Shown here: positions 10,187 through 20,088 of the stretch, in pieces
Numbering within the stretch: position 1 is the stretch's first letter
How the letters are laid out: each line of letters begins with the position of its first letter
DNA from: Longimicrobiales bacterium
GTDB taxonomy: Bacteria; Gemmatimonadota; Gemmatimonadetes; Longimicrobiales; Gaopeijiaceae
Direction: 5' to 3'
Length of the DNA: 64,000 nt
Assembly: GCA_965249725.1 (NCBI GenBank)
Contig: CBDFMQ010000002.1
Coordinates: forward strand, 960,001 to 1,024,000
The notes under the pieces: generated by a model
The model's database searches: none
Seen by the model: the letters and a program-made list of their open reading frames with translations, nothing else
What the model was told of the DNA's origin: nothing
Program-made: the position numbers and the translations under genes

Positions 10187-10518
10187 CGCAGCAAGCAACG
10201 GTGCGACGTGGAGATGTCTTCCTTATCACTCTAGATCCCACGACTGGGCGGGAAATCAAGAAGACCCGCCCCTGCCTCGTCCTGTCTCCGGAGGAGTTGA
10301 ATAGGCATCTCAGCACCATCCTCGTGGCGCCGATGACGACCGGAGGGCACCCCTACCCCTTCCGGGTCGCCTGCCGCTTCCAAAAACGAGACGGATTCGT
10401 GGTTCTGGATCAAGTGCGTGCCGTCGATGCTCATCGACTCGTCCGTAAACTCGGCCGTCTAAGCCCACAGGCAACGACAAGCTCACTCAGCATCTTGAGG
10501 GAGATGTTCTCCGAGTGA
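10180..10518 (+). CDS. mazF: PemK/MazF-family toxin
   Basis: RGDVFLITLDPTTGREIKKTRPCLVLSP, VAPMTT, LDQVRAVD; overlaps antitoxin. Confidence 0.92.
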   Translation: MVAQQATVRRGDVFLITLDPTTGREIKKTRPCLVLSPEELNRHLSTILVAPMTTGGHPYPFRVACRFQKRDGFVVLDQVRAVDAHRLVRKLGRLSPQATTSSLSILREMFSE

Positions 10519-10529
10519 GTCTGGAGGCT

Positions 10530-10607
10530 GTCTAACGAACTGTGATTCACCTCACTGCGTTCGGTGGTCTCGGCGTAGAGCAAACCGATCTTCGTAATCA
10601 GTACGGC
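10530..10607 (-). other. Degenerate attC site
   Basis: GTTAGAC core on minus strand at 10536-10530, complementary (10/11) to the far end of the MazEF cassette; TGATT/AATCA arms. Confidence 0.5.
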
Positions 10608-10685
10608 GCCTCGGCTCTGTTGCGCGGCTAAGATGCGCGTCTTGGCTTCTGCGAGATCAGAGCGAGAGCATGCTACTCGCGGCTA
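10605..10685 (-). repeat. attC-derived remnant lacking R boxes
   Basis: ctgttgcgcggctaagatg matches the attC interior; first 38 bp recur at 14149-14186. Confidence 0.5.
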
Positions 10686-11027
10686 CGCCCGCCAATCGAC
10701 GAAGACTTGATTGGGAGGAGGAGGTCCCTGCGAAGCATCCATCCCGTGAGTACCGATGAGGATCGTCTCGGCGAACCAACGATCAAATGGCTCATCCGAG
10801 TTTAGATACCTCGAAACGACACTACTTGGGTCATCACCTTCCAGGTAAACGACCACGTAGTCTCCTTCGGGTGTTTGCTGGAGGCTTACCACCTCACGGG
10901 TCAGACCCATACGCTTACGCGACTCCTCGAATTCAACCCTGCGAGGGCCAGTCATTTCTGCTGCGGCCTGCTTCCAGGCTTCGGTTGTTCCAGGCAAGAG
11001 AGGTGCGGCGAAGGTTGTGACGGCCAT
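10683..11027 (-). CDS. Hypothetical protein (possibly dimeric alpha/beta barrel)
   Basis: 114-aa ORF with AGGAG RBS. Confidence 0.7.
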   Translation of the reverse strand: MAVTTFAAPLLPGTTEAWKQAAAEMTGPRRVEFEESRKRMGLTREVVSLQQTPEGDYVVVYLEGDDPSSVVSRYLNSDEPFDRWFAETILIGTHGMDASQGPPPPNQVFVDWRA

Positions 11028-11212
11028 GTGAAGCTCCTGCTTGATGAGCTTACCACCTCACGGGTCAGACCCATACGCTTACGCGACTCCTCGAATTCAA
11101 CCCTGCGAGGGCCAGTCATTTCTGCTGCGGCCTGCTTCCAGGCTTCGGTTGTTCCAGGCAAGAGAGGTGCGGCGAAGGTTGTGACGGCCATGTGAAGCTC
11201 CTGCTTGATGAG
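10884..11212. repeat. Perfect 164-bp tandem duplication
   Basis: 10884-11048 repeated at 11048-11212; covers the RBS and first ~47 codons of the gene. Confidence 0.95.
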
Positions 11213-11220
11213 AGGATGTC

Positions 11221-11284
11221 CTCGGCATCGGAGGATCAGACTGCGGTCAACATCCTATCCGCAAGTCGGGAAGCGCAAGCAGAA
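11221..11284 (-). repeat. Promoter-like leader repeat, copy D
   Basis: 64 bp near identical to 12721-12784. Confidence 0.85.
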
Positions 11285-11289
11285 CCTGC

Positions 11290-11333
11290 CCAAGCCAGAG
11301 GCTCACCGCGACTGCAGCAATCGCCGGTTATGC
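11290..11333 (-). other. Half attC site (R''-L'' arm only)
   Basis: Minus strand GCATAAC-CGGCG-ATTGCTGCAGTCGCGGT, then runs into the leader repeat. Confidence 0.75.
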
Positions 11334-11355
11334 GGCGCGCCCGGTGAGTCGGGGG

Positions 11356-11836
<481 letters not shown>

Positions 11837-11919
11837 TCAGTAGTACTCGCGGCAAAAGGGCACAGTCGGGTGTTCCAGTCTATAGAATCCGGAAGTCAGA
11901 GTCGATTCTTGCCAGCGCC

Positions 11920-12019
11920 GCATAACGGATGGCGATTCTACTGCGCGGCTAAGATGTGGATCTGACGCGAACGACGCGAGCCAGATGTCTACTGCGACTG
12001 CAGCAATCGCTTTTAGAAC
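11920..12019 (-). other. Integron attC site, R'' mutated
   Basis: Same family as 9780 and 62196; ends GTAGAAT-CGCCATCC-GTTATGC; R'' reads TTCTAAA. Confidence 0.8.
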
Positions 12020-12160
12020 GCCGATCGTTAACGCCCATCTCCGACGGCGGGAGCAATCGTCTGCACGAACTAACCCGAACTCTCCCGCACGGCCTTGCCC
12101 GACATAGATGCCCACCTGAGTGGATGCTACTCAAACCTCGCTGGGACTTCGAGCGACTTC

Positions 12161-12553
12161 TCAACCCCCACGCCCTCGGCTCGGAGGACGCTTTCCTCGA
12201 GGCGAAGGAGGTGGCGGAGGCGGAGGCTTAGCCTTTCCCCCCACCGTGTCACGGCGGCGTGTGGGGGCGGTTGCTTTTGTGGCTCCATCGTCCACGAGGA
12301 CGGCTGCGTCTCCTTCTGCTATCCGATCGGCGACCGAGTCTAAGCGCTCCTCAAGAGCGGAGACTTCCTCGAGGAGCCGCTCCCCCCGTCTCCGAACGCC
12401 GCGAGGGACTGTGCCCTTAGCCTCGCAGGCGCTCCGCTCAGCGATGTACGCCGTGAGTCGCGCCCTGAGGGCGCTCCGCTCGGCCATGTGCGACGAGCTC
12501 TCGTCCAGGGCTTTCTGGGCACGATCCCAAACGCCGCCGTCGTCCGTACTCAC
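12161..12553 (-). CDS. Hypothetical protein with coiled-coil and Pro-rich tail
   Basis: 130-aa ORF, GTG overlaps upstream TGA; no family recognised. Confidence 0.4.
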   Translation of the reverse strand: MSTDDGGVWDRAQKALDESSSHMAERSALRARLTAYIAERSACEAKGTVPRGVRRRGERLLEEVSALEERLDSVADRIAEGDAAVLVDDGATKATAPTRRRDTVGGKAKPPPPPPPSPRGKRPPSRGRGG

Positions 12554-12711
12554 CGATTTTCCTCACGTTTGAGGACCTTTAGCACGACTTTCCCTTCATC
12601 GCGTAGGTCATCAGCCAGGTACACCGTAGCCATCACACCTTCACCAAGCTCACGCTCAATAGCATAGCGTCCTTCTAGTGCGGCATTCAGGCGGGAGACT
12701 GAATCGGACAT
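12550..12711 (-). pseudogene. Truncated Ser/Thr kinase (53 aa)
   Basis: MSDSVSRLNAALEGRYAIERELGEGVMATVYLADDLRDEGKVVLKVLK, paralogous to 4452-7223, then stop. Confidence 0.9.
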
Positions 12712-12720
12712 CGCTTCTTC

Positions 12721-12784
12721 CTCAGCATCGGAGGATCAGACGGAGACCAACATCCTATCCACAGGTCGGGAAGCGCAAGCGGAA
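12721..12784 (-). repeat. Promoter-like leader repeat, copy E
   Basis: Near identical to copies C and D; directly upstream of the kinase remnant. Confidence 0.85.
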
Positions 12785-12849
12785 TGTGGATCTGAAGCGA
12801 AGTGCGCGAGCCAGATGACTACCGCGACCGCAGTAATCGCTTGCTAGGA
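12785..12849 (-). other. Partial attC site (R'' to centre)
   Basis: Minus strand TCCTAGC-AAGCGATTACTGCGGTCGCGGTAG...CAGATCCACAT aligns to the 11920 attC. Confidence 0.75.
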
Positions 12850-13596
12850 GCCCGCGTTCTCGTCGTCGCTTCGTTCCCCATACCACAGCGCCAGTTTATC
12901 TCGATCCCTCAGCACCTTGCGTCCGCCCATGACAATCTGGGTCATTGTGCGGAACATGCTCAGCGTAGAATGGGCACGGAGCTTCCGTCCAGACGTGATC
13001 ACGTGTTCCCGAAGGATGACGAAGTCGCCGATTCGGCCGAGGGCTCGACTGAACCCGATTTCTTCTGAAGCGAATAGGCTTTCGTCAAAGCCGCCGGTGG
13101 CTCGGAACGCGTCGCGGGTGCAAAAGACGAAGCAGCCAGCGGCAAAGCGCCTAATCCTGAATATCCAGAGGATGACGGGAAGTAGGACCCTGGCATAGAA
13201 TGGGACGCTACCCTCGAACACGACCCGAGCCCCACCTCCGATAGCCCCGGATTGCACGGCTGCCGCGGCCGCCTGGACGGTCCGGGCGGGCACGAAGGTA
13301 TCGGCATCGACAAACACCAGGAGTTGGCCCTTGGCTTCGCGTGCTCCGGCGTTGCGCGTGGCGGCGATCTGTCGGTGTCTCACGTGCACGACCCTCGCCC
13401 CAGCCGCAGCAGCAAGATCGGCGGTACCGTCCGACGACTCGTCGTCCACCACGATGACCTCGTAGTCTGTACCCGTCGCTTGCCCGGCAACGTGGATCGC
13501 CTCGAGCGTCGCAGGGAGGAGCCGCTCTTCGTTGAAGGCGGGAACGACGAACGAGATCACACAAAAAGATTCCCCAACGGATTGCGACAGGTCCAT
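12844..13596 (-). CDS. Glycosyltransferase family 2
   Basis: SFVVPAFNEE, VIVVDDESSDGT, RNAGA, FVDAD, GGFDE, TSGRK. Confidence 0.92.
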   Translation of the reverse strand: MDLSQSVGESFCVISFVVPAFNEERLLPATLEAIHVAGQATGTDYEVIVVDDESSDGTADLAAAAGARVVHVRHRQIAATRNAGAREAKGQLLVFVDADTFVPARTVQAAAAAVQSGAIGGGARVVFEGSVPFYARVLLPVILWIFRIRRFAAGCFVFCTRDAFRATGGFDESLFASEEIGFSRALGRIGDFVILREHVITSGRKLRAHSTLSMFRTMTQIVMGGRKVLRDRDKLALWYGERSDDENAGS

Positions 13597-13608
13597 AGTC
13601 GTACCGGT

Positions 13609-14118
13609 TCAGGGCTCACTACTGATTAGGAGGTCCCGCTCCGACCCACTTGATCCCGCAGGCAGCTCCGAAGGGCTCCGCTTCGCCAGCGAAACGGTCG
13701 CGGCTGCTAACCCCGCGGTAACGGCCCCGTAGGAGACAGCACCTGCACCAATGGCAATCAGCTGAACGGCGATGGGGATACCCAACCCGCCTGCGACAAC
13801 CCCGACCCCCTTCAGGCTCGCCACCACGATGGCGCCCACTAGGGCCACAGCAGCCCCGGCGACCAAGCCCCACAATGCGGCTCGGTTGGGGGTCAACTCA
13901 TCGAGGGTTCGCCGGCCTTCCATCACCGACAAAAGACCGCCGAAACCCACTCCGAGGACAAGCCCGGTGACCCCCATCGCGACACCGAAAAACAGAGCCG
14001 AACTCCAGAACGAGCCCGGGCTCAACACCCCGAGCGTCGTACCGACGGCACCAGTGGCGATACCCCAGATGGCCCCGATCCTGAGGGCGGCTTTCAACTT
14101 CCTTATCAGGCTTCCCAT
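13609..14118 (-). CDS. Hypothetical multi-TM membrane protein
   Basis: Four Gly/Ala-rich hydrophobic segments. Confidence 0.7.
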   Translation of the reverse strand: MGSLIRKLKAALRIGAIWGIATGAVGTTLGVLSPGSFWSSALFFGVAMGVTGLVLGVGFGGLLSVMEGRRTLDELTPNRAALWGLVAGAAVALVGAIVVASLKGVGVVAGGLGIPIAVQLIAIGAGAVSYGAVTAGLAAATVSLAKRSPSELPAGSSGSERDLLISSEP

Positions 14119-14148
14119 CGCTTTTCCTACCGACTAGCCTCTCAGTGT

Positions 14149-14186
14149 GGCGCCTCGGCTCTGCTGCGCGGATAACATGCGCCTCT
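14149..14186 (-). repeat. attC-derived 38-bp remnant
   Basis: Matches 10605-10642 with 4 mismatches. Confidence 0.6.
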
Positions 14187-14422
14187 GAGGCCATCCACGC
14201 GAGCCTGTGAGTCGTATCCGCAGCCCACTACGCAACCCAGCGAGCCGGCCCCATTCCGTGCCAAGCGTGCCCTTCCACCTACGTAGTCCCCGTCCGCCCG
14301 CTACGTAGTTCGCCGTAGGGAAGCGCGTCCTCTGAATCGGCATCTTTGGCTCGTACCAACGCAATGAGAGCCACACTGTGAACCACAGCTTACGCACAGC
14401 GTGAGCGCACAGAGGAGGAACC

Positions 14423-14839
14423 ATGTCAGCAACGAGCCACGGATTCCCGAGCCACTACACCCGCCGACTGGTCAGGCTGCTATCTCTCTTCTTCGCGCTG
14501 GGGCTTGGGGCTTGTACCTCCTGGCAGCCCATGTCTGTCAGAGACATCGGGCCTTCGCCCCATCCTGATCGTATTAGGGTGACTACGAACGATCGGAGTG
14601 AGATGGTCGCCAATGCGCGTATCGTCGATGACACGCTCCGGGGCGACATCCGTTCCAACACCGGGAGCGTCGGAGGGACAATGAGTGTTCCTCTCAACCA
14701 AGTCAGAAGAGTCGAGAGGTCCGGGTACGACGGAGGCAAGACGAAGATCGCCGCGGGGATTATCCTGGCTCCGGTGGCCCTATTCCTCTGGGTAGCCATG
14801 GAGGCGTTGGAAGACTTCTGTCTTACGGATGCCTGCTGA
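14423..14839 (+). CDS. Hypothetical lipoprotein-like protein
   Basis: GAGGAGG RBS, LGAC lipobox, C-terminal TM helix. Confidence 0.65.
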   Translation: MSATSHGFPSHYTRRLVRLLSLFFALGLGACTSWQPMSVRDIGPSPHPDRIRVTTNDRSEMVANARIVDDTLRGDIRSNTGSVGGTMSVPLNQVRRVERSGYDGGKTKIAAGIILAPVALFLWVAMEALEDFCLTDAC

Positions 14840-15004
14840 TGGTGGATCCGAACTACATGGCGACCTGGGAGGAAAACGGTGCCACGGCCAACTGGGAAGT
14901 CGAGGGGACGACCCTGACGCTCAGCTTCACGAACGGGTTCCTCGATGGCAACGCGGCAACGTTCCGGCGGCCTAATTAGGGGCTAACGACGGAGCGCTAG
15001 TCGC

Positions 15005-15352
15005 TCAATCGCGGCCGAACGACAGCACACCGCTTCGGATCAGCAGCGATACCACGAAGTCCCCGAGCTGCTCACGAGCCTCGCTCTCACCCATGGTGCC
15101 CGCCCGCACCTGGGTCAGCACCCCCTGGATCGCCGCGCGGTGGGCGTCCATGGTCGAGACATCGACCGTGGCGTCGCCCCCGCCCAAGCCGCTCGCGGCC
15201 ACAGTGGACGTCACCATCTCCCGTGGCGGAGGGATCATCACATCCCCTGCGACCTCCTGCCCCGCGGCTCGACCGGGAAGCACCAGCGCCCCAGCGATCA
15301 GCCCCACCGCGGCATAGGGTCTCGGTCTCACCCTCAGCGTCAGCGCCCGCAC
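15005..15352 (-). CDS. Hypothetical exported protein
   Basis: Signal-peptide-like start; abuts upstream gene. Confidence 0.55.
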   Translation of the reverse strand: MRALTLRVRPRPYAAVGLIAGALVLPGRAAGQEVAGDVMIPPPREMVTSTVAASGLGGGDATVDVSTMDAHRAAIQGVLTQVRAGTMGESEAREQLGDFVVSLLIRSGVLSFGRD

Positions 15353-16150
15353 TTAGAACTCCACCGCCACAGCCGCACCACCGAGGAGACGGGCACCGTC
15401 GCCGGAGTATCTGGTGAGATCCGCGGCAGCCACAGAGAACGAAACGGCTACATCGCCCACCTGAAACGACCTACTCACGCCCGCATGGAGGTTGATCCCG
15501 CTCCACTCCACGATGAGGTTGAGGTCCTTCGCGACCTCCAGGGCCGCGTTGCCGAAGATCCGCGTGCCCGTTTCCCGCTTCCCTTCCGATACGTCCCGTT
15601 CACTCGTGTTGGCGAAGCGTCCAGACCCGACTCCAGCGCTCAGGTGGAGACGGCCCACCCCGGGACGGGGCGATGCTACGCCCTGGACGACGTGGCTGAC
15701 CACGAGATAGACGGTCTCGCCCAGGTCGTCCACGAAGGGACCGTCCGTCAGCAGGCTCCCGCCACCGACCGCGATTGCGGTCCCGTGCCCGAGATAGCGG
15801 TGCAGTTTGAACGAGTAGGCGTAGTTGTCGAACTCACTGAGGTCGGAGACCGTAACTCCAAGCTGCACACCGACATTGAGCACGGGGTCCCCTAACCCGA
15901 ACCCGAGTCCCACCACACCGTCGGAGGACGGCAGCCAGGGATTCCGCTCCGATACGCCGACACCGGCGAAGGCGGCCCCGTAGGCTGCACCCCATCCGGT
16001 GGGAGTCATCACCGACTTGGCGCCGGCATTGGGCAAACGGAGGCTCATGAGCCAGTCGGGCACCTCTTGGGCCTGGCCGGCAACGGGAAGGTACACAAGG
16101 CCTGCCAGCATCACGGCGTACCGAGCCGCTGCGCCTATCCCGCGCTTCAT
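15353..16150 (-). CDS. Hypothetical outer-membrane beta-barrel-like protein
   Basis: Signal peptide AQA, amphipathic strands, C-terminal Phe. Confidence 0.6.
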   Translation of the reverse strand: MKRGIGAAARYAVMLAGLVYLPVAGQAQEVPDWLMSLRLPNAGAKSVMTPTGWGAAYGAAFAGVGVSERNPWLPSSDGVVGLGFGLGDPVLNVGVQLGVTVSDLSEFDNYAYSFKLHRYLGHGTAIAVGGGSLLTDGPFVDDLGETVYLVVSHVVQGVASPRPGVGRLHLSAGVGSGRFANTSERDVSEGKRETGTRIFGNAALEVAKDLNLIVEWSGINLHAGVSRSFQVGDVAVSFSVAAADLTRYSGDGARLLGGAAVAVEF

Positions 16151-16171
16151 GGACGTCGTACGACCACCCGC

Positions 16172-16567
16172 CTAGTGGTCCGTCGAGTAATACCCGGCGA
16201 TGTAGGCCTTGAGAACAGTCTCGAAGTGGGGCGTACCGGGCGTAGACCGCAACCCGCCGGTCCCGTGCTCTCTGAGTCCCGCCGCCACGTCCTCGAGAAC
16301 CACGGCCATCTGCTCCGGCTCGAGATGCACGCCGAAGCCCATTGCCTCGTGTTGGGCGGATCCATCCATGCCCACCACGACGCCCCCCTCGTCCTCCATG
16401 GGTTCGTCGGGCGAAATGAGCGCATCGCGGAAGCTGTCACGAACGAGGGGTTCGTCCGGAGAGATGAAGGCCTCCTCGGGAATCTCGGTGTCGTCGGCCA
16501 CCTGCCCGTCCTGATTCGTCGACTGGGCCTCTACCATCTCGGACTCGGTTCCTGCTTCGTCGCTCAT
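16172..16567 (-). CDS. Hypothetical acidic protein
   Basis: 131-aa ORF with GGAG RBS, internal ISPDEP repeat. Confidence 0.6.
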   Translation of the reverse strand: MSDEAGTESEMVEAQSTNQDGQVADDTEIPEEAFISPDEPLVRDSFRDALISPDEPMEDEGGVVVGMDGSAQHEAMGFGVHLEPEQMAVVLEDVAAGLREHGTGGLRSTPGTPHFETVLKAYIAGYYSTDH

Positions 16568-16650
16568 GCGTGATCTCCGACCGACTGCGGGATACTGCGG
16601 CTATCCCAGCCAATATAGGCCCGTTGCGGGCTCGTAAACAAACGTATTCC

Positions 16651-17271
16651 TCAGAGCACGAACTCGATCAAGACGAAGCCCAGAATCACCAGGAGGCCGA
16701 ACACCCACGTGAGGAGGTTGAAATACCGGTCGATAAAGGCGCTGATAGAGGGCCCGAACCGATAGATGAGCCCGGCTATCACAAAGAACCGCAGCCCGCG
16801 GCTCAGAACGCTCGCAAGAACGAACACGGGGAAGTTGATAGAGAACACGCCCGCCGAAATCGTGAAGACCTTGTAGGGAATCGGCGTCAGCCCGGCAACG
16901 AAAACTGCCCAGAAATCCCAGCGCAGATAAAGGTCCTGCATGCCCGCGAACGCCTCTGGTGTCACGCCGGGCACATAGCTGAAGAAGAAGTCGGACACCC
17001 CCAGCCAGAGGAGCGCGCCGATTCCGTACCCGATCATGCCCCCCACGACGGATGCTCCGGTGGCCACCGCCGCGAACCTCAGTGACTTCGAAGCCGCTCC
17101 GAGGCACAGCGCCATGAGCAGCGGATCCGGCGGAATGGGAAACACCGACGATTCGGCCAGCGCCAAGAGCGCCAATGCGGGCATGCCGTAGGGAGTATCC
17201 GCCCAGTGCAGCACCCAGTCGTAGAGCCTCCGGATGGGTCCCGTGCGCCTCTCGGCAACAAGAGAGGTCAA
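16651..17271 (-). CDS. YqaA/DedA (VTT domain) membrane protein
   Basis: AESSVFPIPPDPLL, AGLTPIPYKVFTI, SRGLRFF; TTG overlaps pcm stop. Confidence 0.88.
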   Translation of the reverse strand: MTSLVAERRTGPIRRLYDWVLHWADTPYGMPALALLALAESSVFPIPPDPLLMALCLGAASKSLRFAAVATGASVVGGMIGYGIGALLWLGVSDFFFSYVPGVTPEAFAGMQDLYLRWDFWAVFVAGLTPIPYKVFTISAGVFSINFPVFVLASVLSRGLRFFVIAGLIYRFGPSISAFIDRYFNLLTWVFGLLVILGFVLIEFVL

Positions 17272-17954
17272 GCGCCCGCCTCCGGCTGCTCCGACGACCA
17301 CGCGAAGCGGCCGAGGAGCGGCACGAACGTGCACTCCCCCTCGATGACCTCCTCCTGGATTTCGCCGTCCACTCGGCGCACGAGGATCAGCTCCTGACTC
17401 TCCTTGGATCCCACCGGAATCAACATCCGGCCTCCTTCTCCGAGTTGATCCAGGAAGGCCTGAGGAATGGACGGGGCCGCCGCCGAGACCACGATGACGT
17501 CGAACGGGGCGTACTTCCGCCATCCGATCGTCCCGTCTCCGACCATGAGGGCCACGTTCTTCTGCCGGAGGTCGTCCAGGGCCACGCGAGCACGCGCGGA
17601 GAGTTCACGTACCCGCTCCACGGAGTAGACGCGGTCGGCCGTGAGCGCCAACAGGGCCGTGAGATATCCACTTCCGGTACCGATCTCGAGGACCGTGTCG
17701 TCCCCCGTCGGCTTCAGAACGGACAGATAGAGTGCTTGGAGCGACGGCTGAGACGCCGTCTGGGAGTAGCCGATGGGAATTGGAGCATCTTCGTACGCTC
17801 GCGGCCAAACCCCCTGCGGCAGAAAGAGGTGACGCGGCACCTGATCGAAGAGTTGGAGCACCTCGAGGTCGTCGATCCCCCGCTCCCGGATCTCTTCGAT
17901 GAGCTTGCGTCGATACCCGACGAAACTCCGGTCGTCTAGAGGCTCAGCTGCCAC
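17268..17954 (-). CDS. pcm: Protein-L-isoaspartate O-methyltransferase
   Basis: VPRHLF, VLEIGTGSGY, FVPLLG; follows surE. Confidence 0.95.
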   Translation of the reverse strand: MAAEPLDDRSFVGYRRKLIEEIRERGIDDLEVLQLFDQVPRHLFLPQGVWPRAYEDAPIPIGYSQTASQPSLQALYLSVLKPTGDDTVLEIGTGSGYLTALLALTADRVYSVERVRELSARARVALDDLRQKNVALMVGDGTIGWRKYAPFDVIVVSAAAPSIPQAFLDQLGEGGRMLIPVGSKESQELILVRRVDGEIQEEVIEGECTFVPLLGRFAWSSEQPEAGA

Positions 17955-18685
17955 CCGCGAATCTCCTCCAGAAGCCTGTAGTTGGTCAGATCCAGGTGCA
18001 GTGGCGTAACCGACACGTACCCCTCGTGCACGGCTCCGAAATCCGAGTCCACATCACCACTCCACGTGACCTCGCCTCCACCGATCCAGTAGTACTCGTG
18101 CCCCGATGGGTCGAGCGCCCGTGTGAGGCTGTCACTGTAGCGACGCTTGCCCAGGGATGTGACGCGAATGCCCTTCACATCGGCAGGCTCTACCGGCGGG
18201 AGGTTCACGTTGAACAGGGTGTCCTCGGGAAAGTCGTCCTGTCGTACGATGCCTCGAAGAAGGTCCGTGAGCAGGGGCTCCCAGGCCTCCAGGCCCTCGT
18301 AGGCCTCACCCGCATACGAGATCGCGATGGCCGGTATTCCAATCACCGTGGCTTCCATCGCCGCGGCGACGGTGCCGGAGTACAGTACGTCCTCGCCCAT
18401 GTTCGGTCCGTGGTTCACACCGGACAGACAGATATCGGGCTTGCGGTCCAGAAGCTCGTTGACCGCCAAGATCACGCAGTCCGTCGGCGTGCCATCCACG
18501 ACCAACGTACCGTCGGTCGATCGCCGAGCCCGAAGTGGGTGATGCAACGTCAGGGAGTGGCTCGTCGCGCTCTGCTCGCGATCGGGGGCCACGATCGTCA
18601 CATCGCCGAGGCTCCGTGCCGCGGAAGCCATGACGCGGACTCCTAGAGCGAGGTAGCCGTCATCATTGGTGCAGAGGATCTGCAT
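17936..18685 (-). CDS. surE: 5'/3'-nucleotidase SurE
   Basis: TNDDG, GTPTDCV, YSGTVAAA, SVTPL. Confidence 0.97.
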   Translation of the reverse strand: MQILCTNDDGYLALGVRVMASAARSLGDVTIVAPDREQSATSHSLTLHHPLRARRSTDGTLVVDGTPTDCVILAVNELLDRKPDICLSGVNHGPNMGEDVLYSGTVAAAMEATVIGIPAIAISYAGEAYEGLEAWEPLLTDLLRGIVRQDDFPEDTLFNVNLPPVEPADVKGIRVTSLGKRRYSDSLTRALDPSGHEYYWIGGGEVTWSGDVDSDFGAVHEGYVSVTPLHLDLTNYRLLEEIRGWQLSL

Positions 18686-19056
18686 CAGGACGAGAGTCGA
18701 CTCGGCGGAGCGGTCAGCACCTCTTTCAGGTGACTCAGATCCTTCTTCATCCCGCCCAGGAACTCGTGGTCTACCACATCCTTCTTGCCTTCGGCCATCT
18801 CTCCACGCTGTCGCATCTCGATCAGTTTCTGCCGGGCCCCGTCGATCGTGAACTTCTTCTCGTAGAGCAGATGTTTCACCAGGAGCACGAGCTCGACTTC
18901 CTTGGGACGGAATACTCGGTTCCCCGCACGGTTCTTGGTGGGGTGCAGCAGCTCGAACTGCGTCTCCCAGTAGCGGAGTACATGAGGTTTGAGGCCGGTG
19001 AGCTCGCAGACGTCACCGATGGAGTAGTACTCCTTCTTCGCGATGGGTTCATCCAT
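18685..19056 (-). CDS. MerR-family transcriptional regulator
   Basis: YYSIGDVCELTGLKPHVLRYWE. Confidence 0.9.
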   Translation of the reverse strand: MDEPIAKKEYYSIGDVCELTGLKPHVLRYWETQFELLHPTKNRAGNRVFRPKEVELVLLVKHLLYEKKFTIDGARQKLIEMRQRGEMAEGKKDVVDHEFLGGMKKDLSHLKEVLTAPPSRLSS

Positions 19057-19080
19057 CTTCGTTCCCCTGTCGTTTAGGGC

Positions 19081-20088
19081 CTAGTACCACTCTTCCGGCT
19101 TGGGATCGCGCTCCATGAGGTTCTGGAGCGCCTGCCTGGGTTGGGTCCCCAACACCAGGATCCCGTAGACCTCGGCCGCGATGGGCATCTCTACCCCGTA
19201 GCGTTCCGCGAGATCGTGCACCGCTTGAGCCGTCTTGACGCCTTCGGCGACGGCCGTCATGTCGCCGAGGATGGAGTCGAGCGATTCTCCTTGTCCGAGG
19301 CGATACCCCACGGTGCGGTTTCGACTCAGCGATCCGGTGCAGGTGAGCACCAGGTCGCCCATCCCGGCGAGCCCCGAGAAGGTGGTGGCTTGGGCTCCCA
19401 TGGCCACGCCCAGCCTACGAATCTCCGCCAACCCGCGTGTGACGAGCGCGGAGAGGGTGTTGTGTCCAAAGGCCAAACCGGCGGTCACGCCGGCTCCCAG
19501 CGCGATGACGTTCTTCAGGGCACCACCCAGCTCCACGCCGATCACGTCGGTGCTGGTATACACCCGGAAGTAGCCCGTTTGGAAGAGCTCCTGTACCTGG
19601 AGGGCCGCGTCCTCTGAGCGGCTCGCGACCGCCACGGCCGTCGGTGCTTCTTGAGCCACCTCGAGGGCGAAGCTGGGGCCGGAAAGCGCGCAGAAGTTCT
19701 CCATCTGAGTGGGTCTCAAGACACTCGAAAGGACCTCGTCCATACGCCTGAGCGTGGACGTCTCGATGCCCTTCGAGGCGCTCACGACGAGCACATCGTC
19801 CCTCATATGGGGCTCCGCCTCGCTCATCACGGAGCCGACGAACTGGGACGGGCTCACCGACAATACGACCTCCGCCTCGGCCAGCGCGGTCTCCAAATCC
19901 GCGGTGCACTCCAGATTCAGCGGGAGCTTGATGTCGGGAAGATAGGTCCGGTTCTCCCCCAGCCCCTGGATCTCCTCGGCGACCTCGGGTTCGTAGGCCC
20001 AGAGGCGTACGTCGCAACCCTTCTTGGCCAGGAGGGCGGCCAGGGCCGTCCCCCAGCTTCCCGCTCCGATCACCGCGACCCGCTTCAT
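19081..20088 (-). CDS. gpsA: NAD(P)H-dependent glycerol-3-phosphate dehydrogenase
   Basis: GAGSWGTALA, LSGPSFA, GALKNVIA, GDLVLTC, SRN. Confidence 0.97.
   Translation of the reverse strand: MKRVAVIGAGSWGTALAALLAKKGCDVRLWAYEPEVAEEIQGLGENRTYLPDIKLPLNLECTADLETALAEAEVVLSVSPSQFVGSVMSEAEPHMRDDVLVVSASKGIETSTLRRMDEVLSSVLRPTQMENFCALSGPSFALEVAQEAPTAVAVASRSEDAALQVQELFQTGYFRVYTSTDVIGVELGGALKNVIALGAGVTAGLAFGHNTLSALVTRGLAEIRRLGVAMGAQATTFSGLAGMGDLVLTCTGSLSRNRTVGYRLGQGESLDSILGDMTAVAEGVKTAQAVHDLAERYGVEMPIAAEVYGILVLGTQPRQALQNLMERDPKPEEWY

Noticed and set aside
14839..14979. 46-codon ORF MVDPNYMATWEENG... after the lipoprotein TGA
   Set aside because: Different frame from the upstream gene and no RBS, so not readthrough; probably a 3' gene remnant of unidentified family
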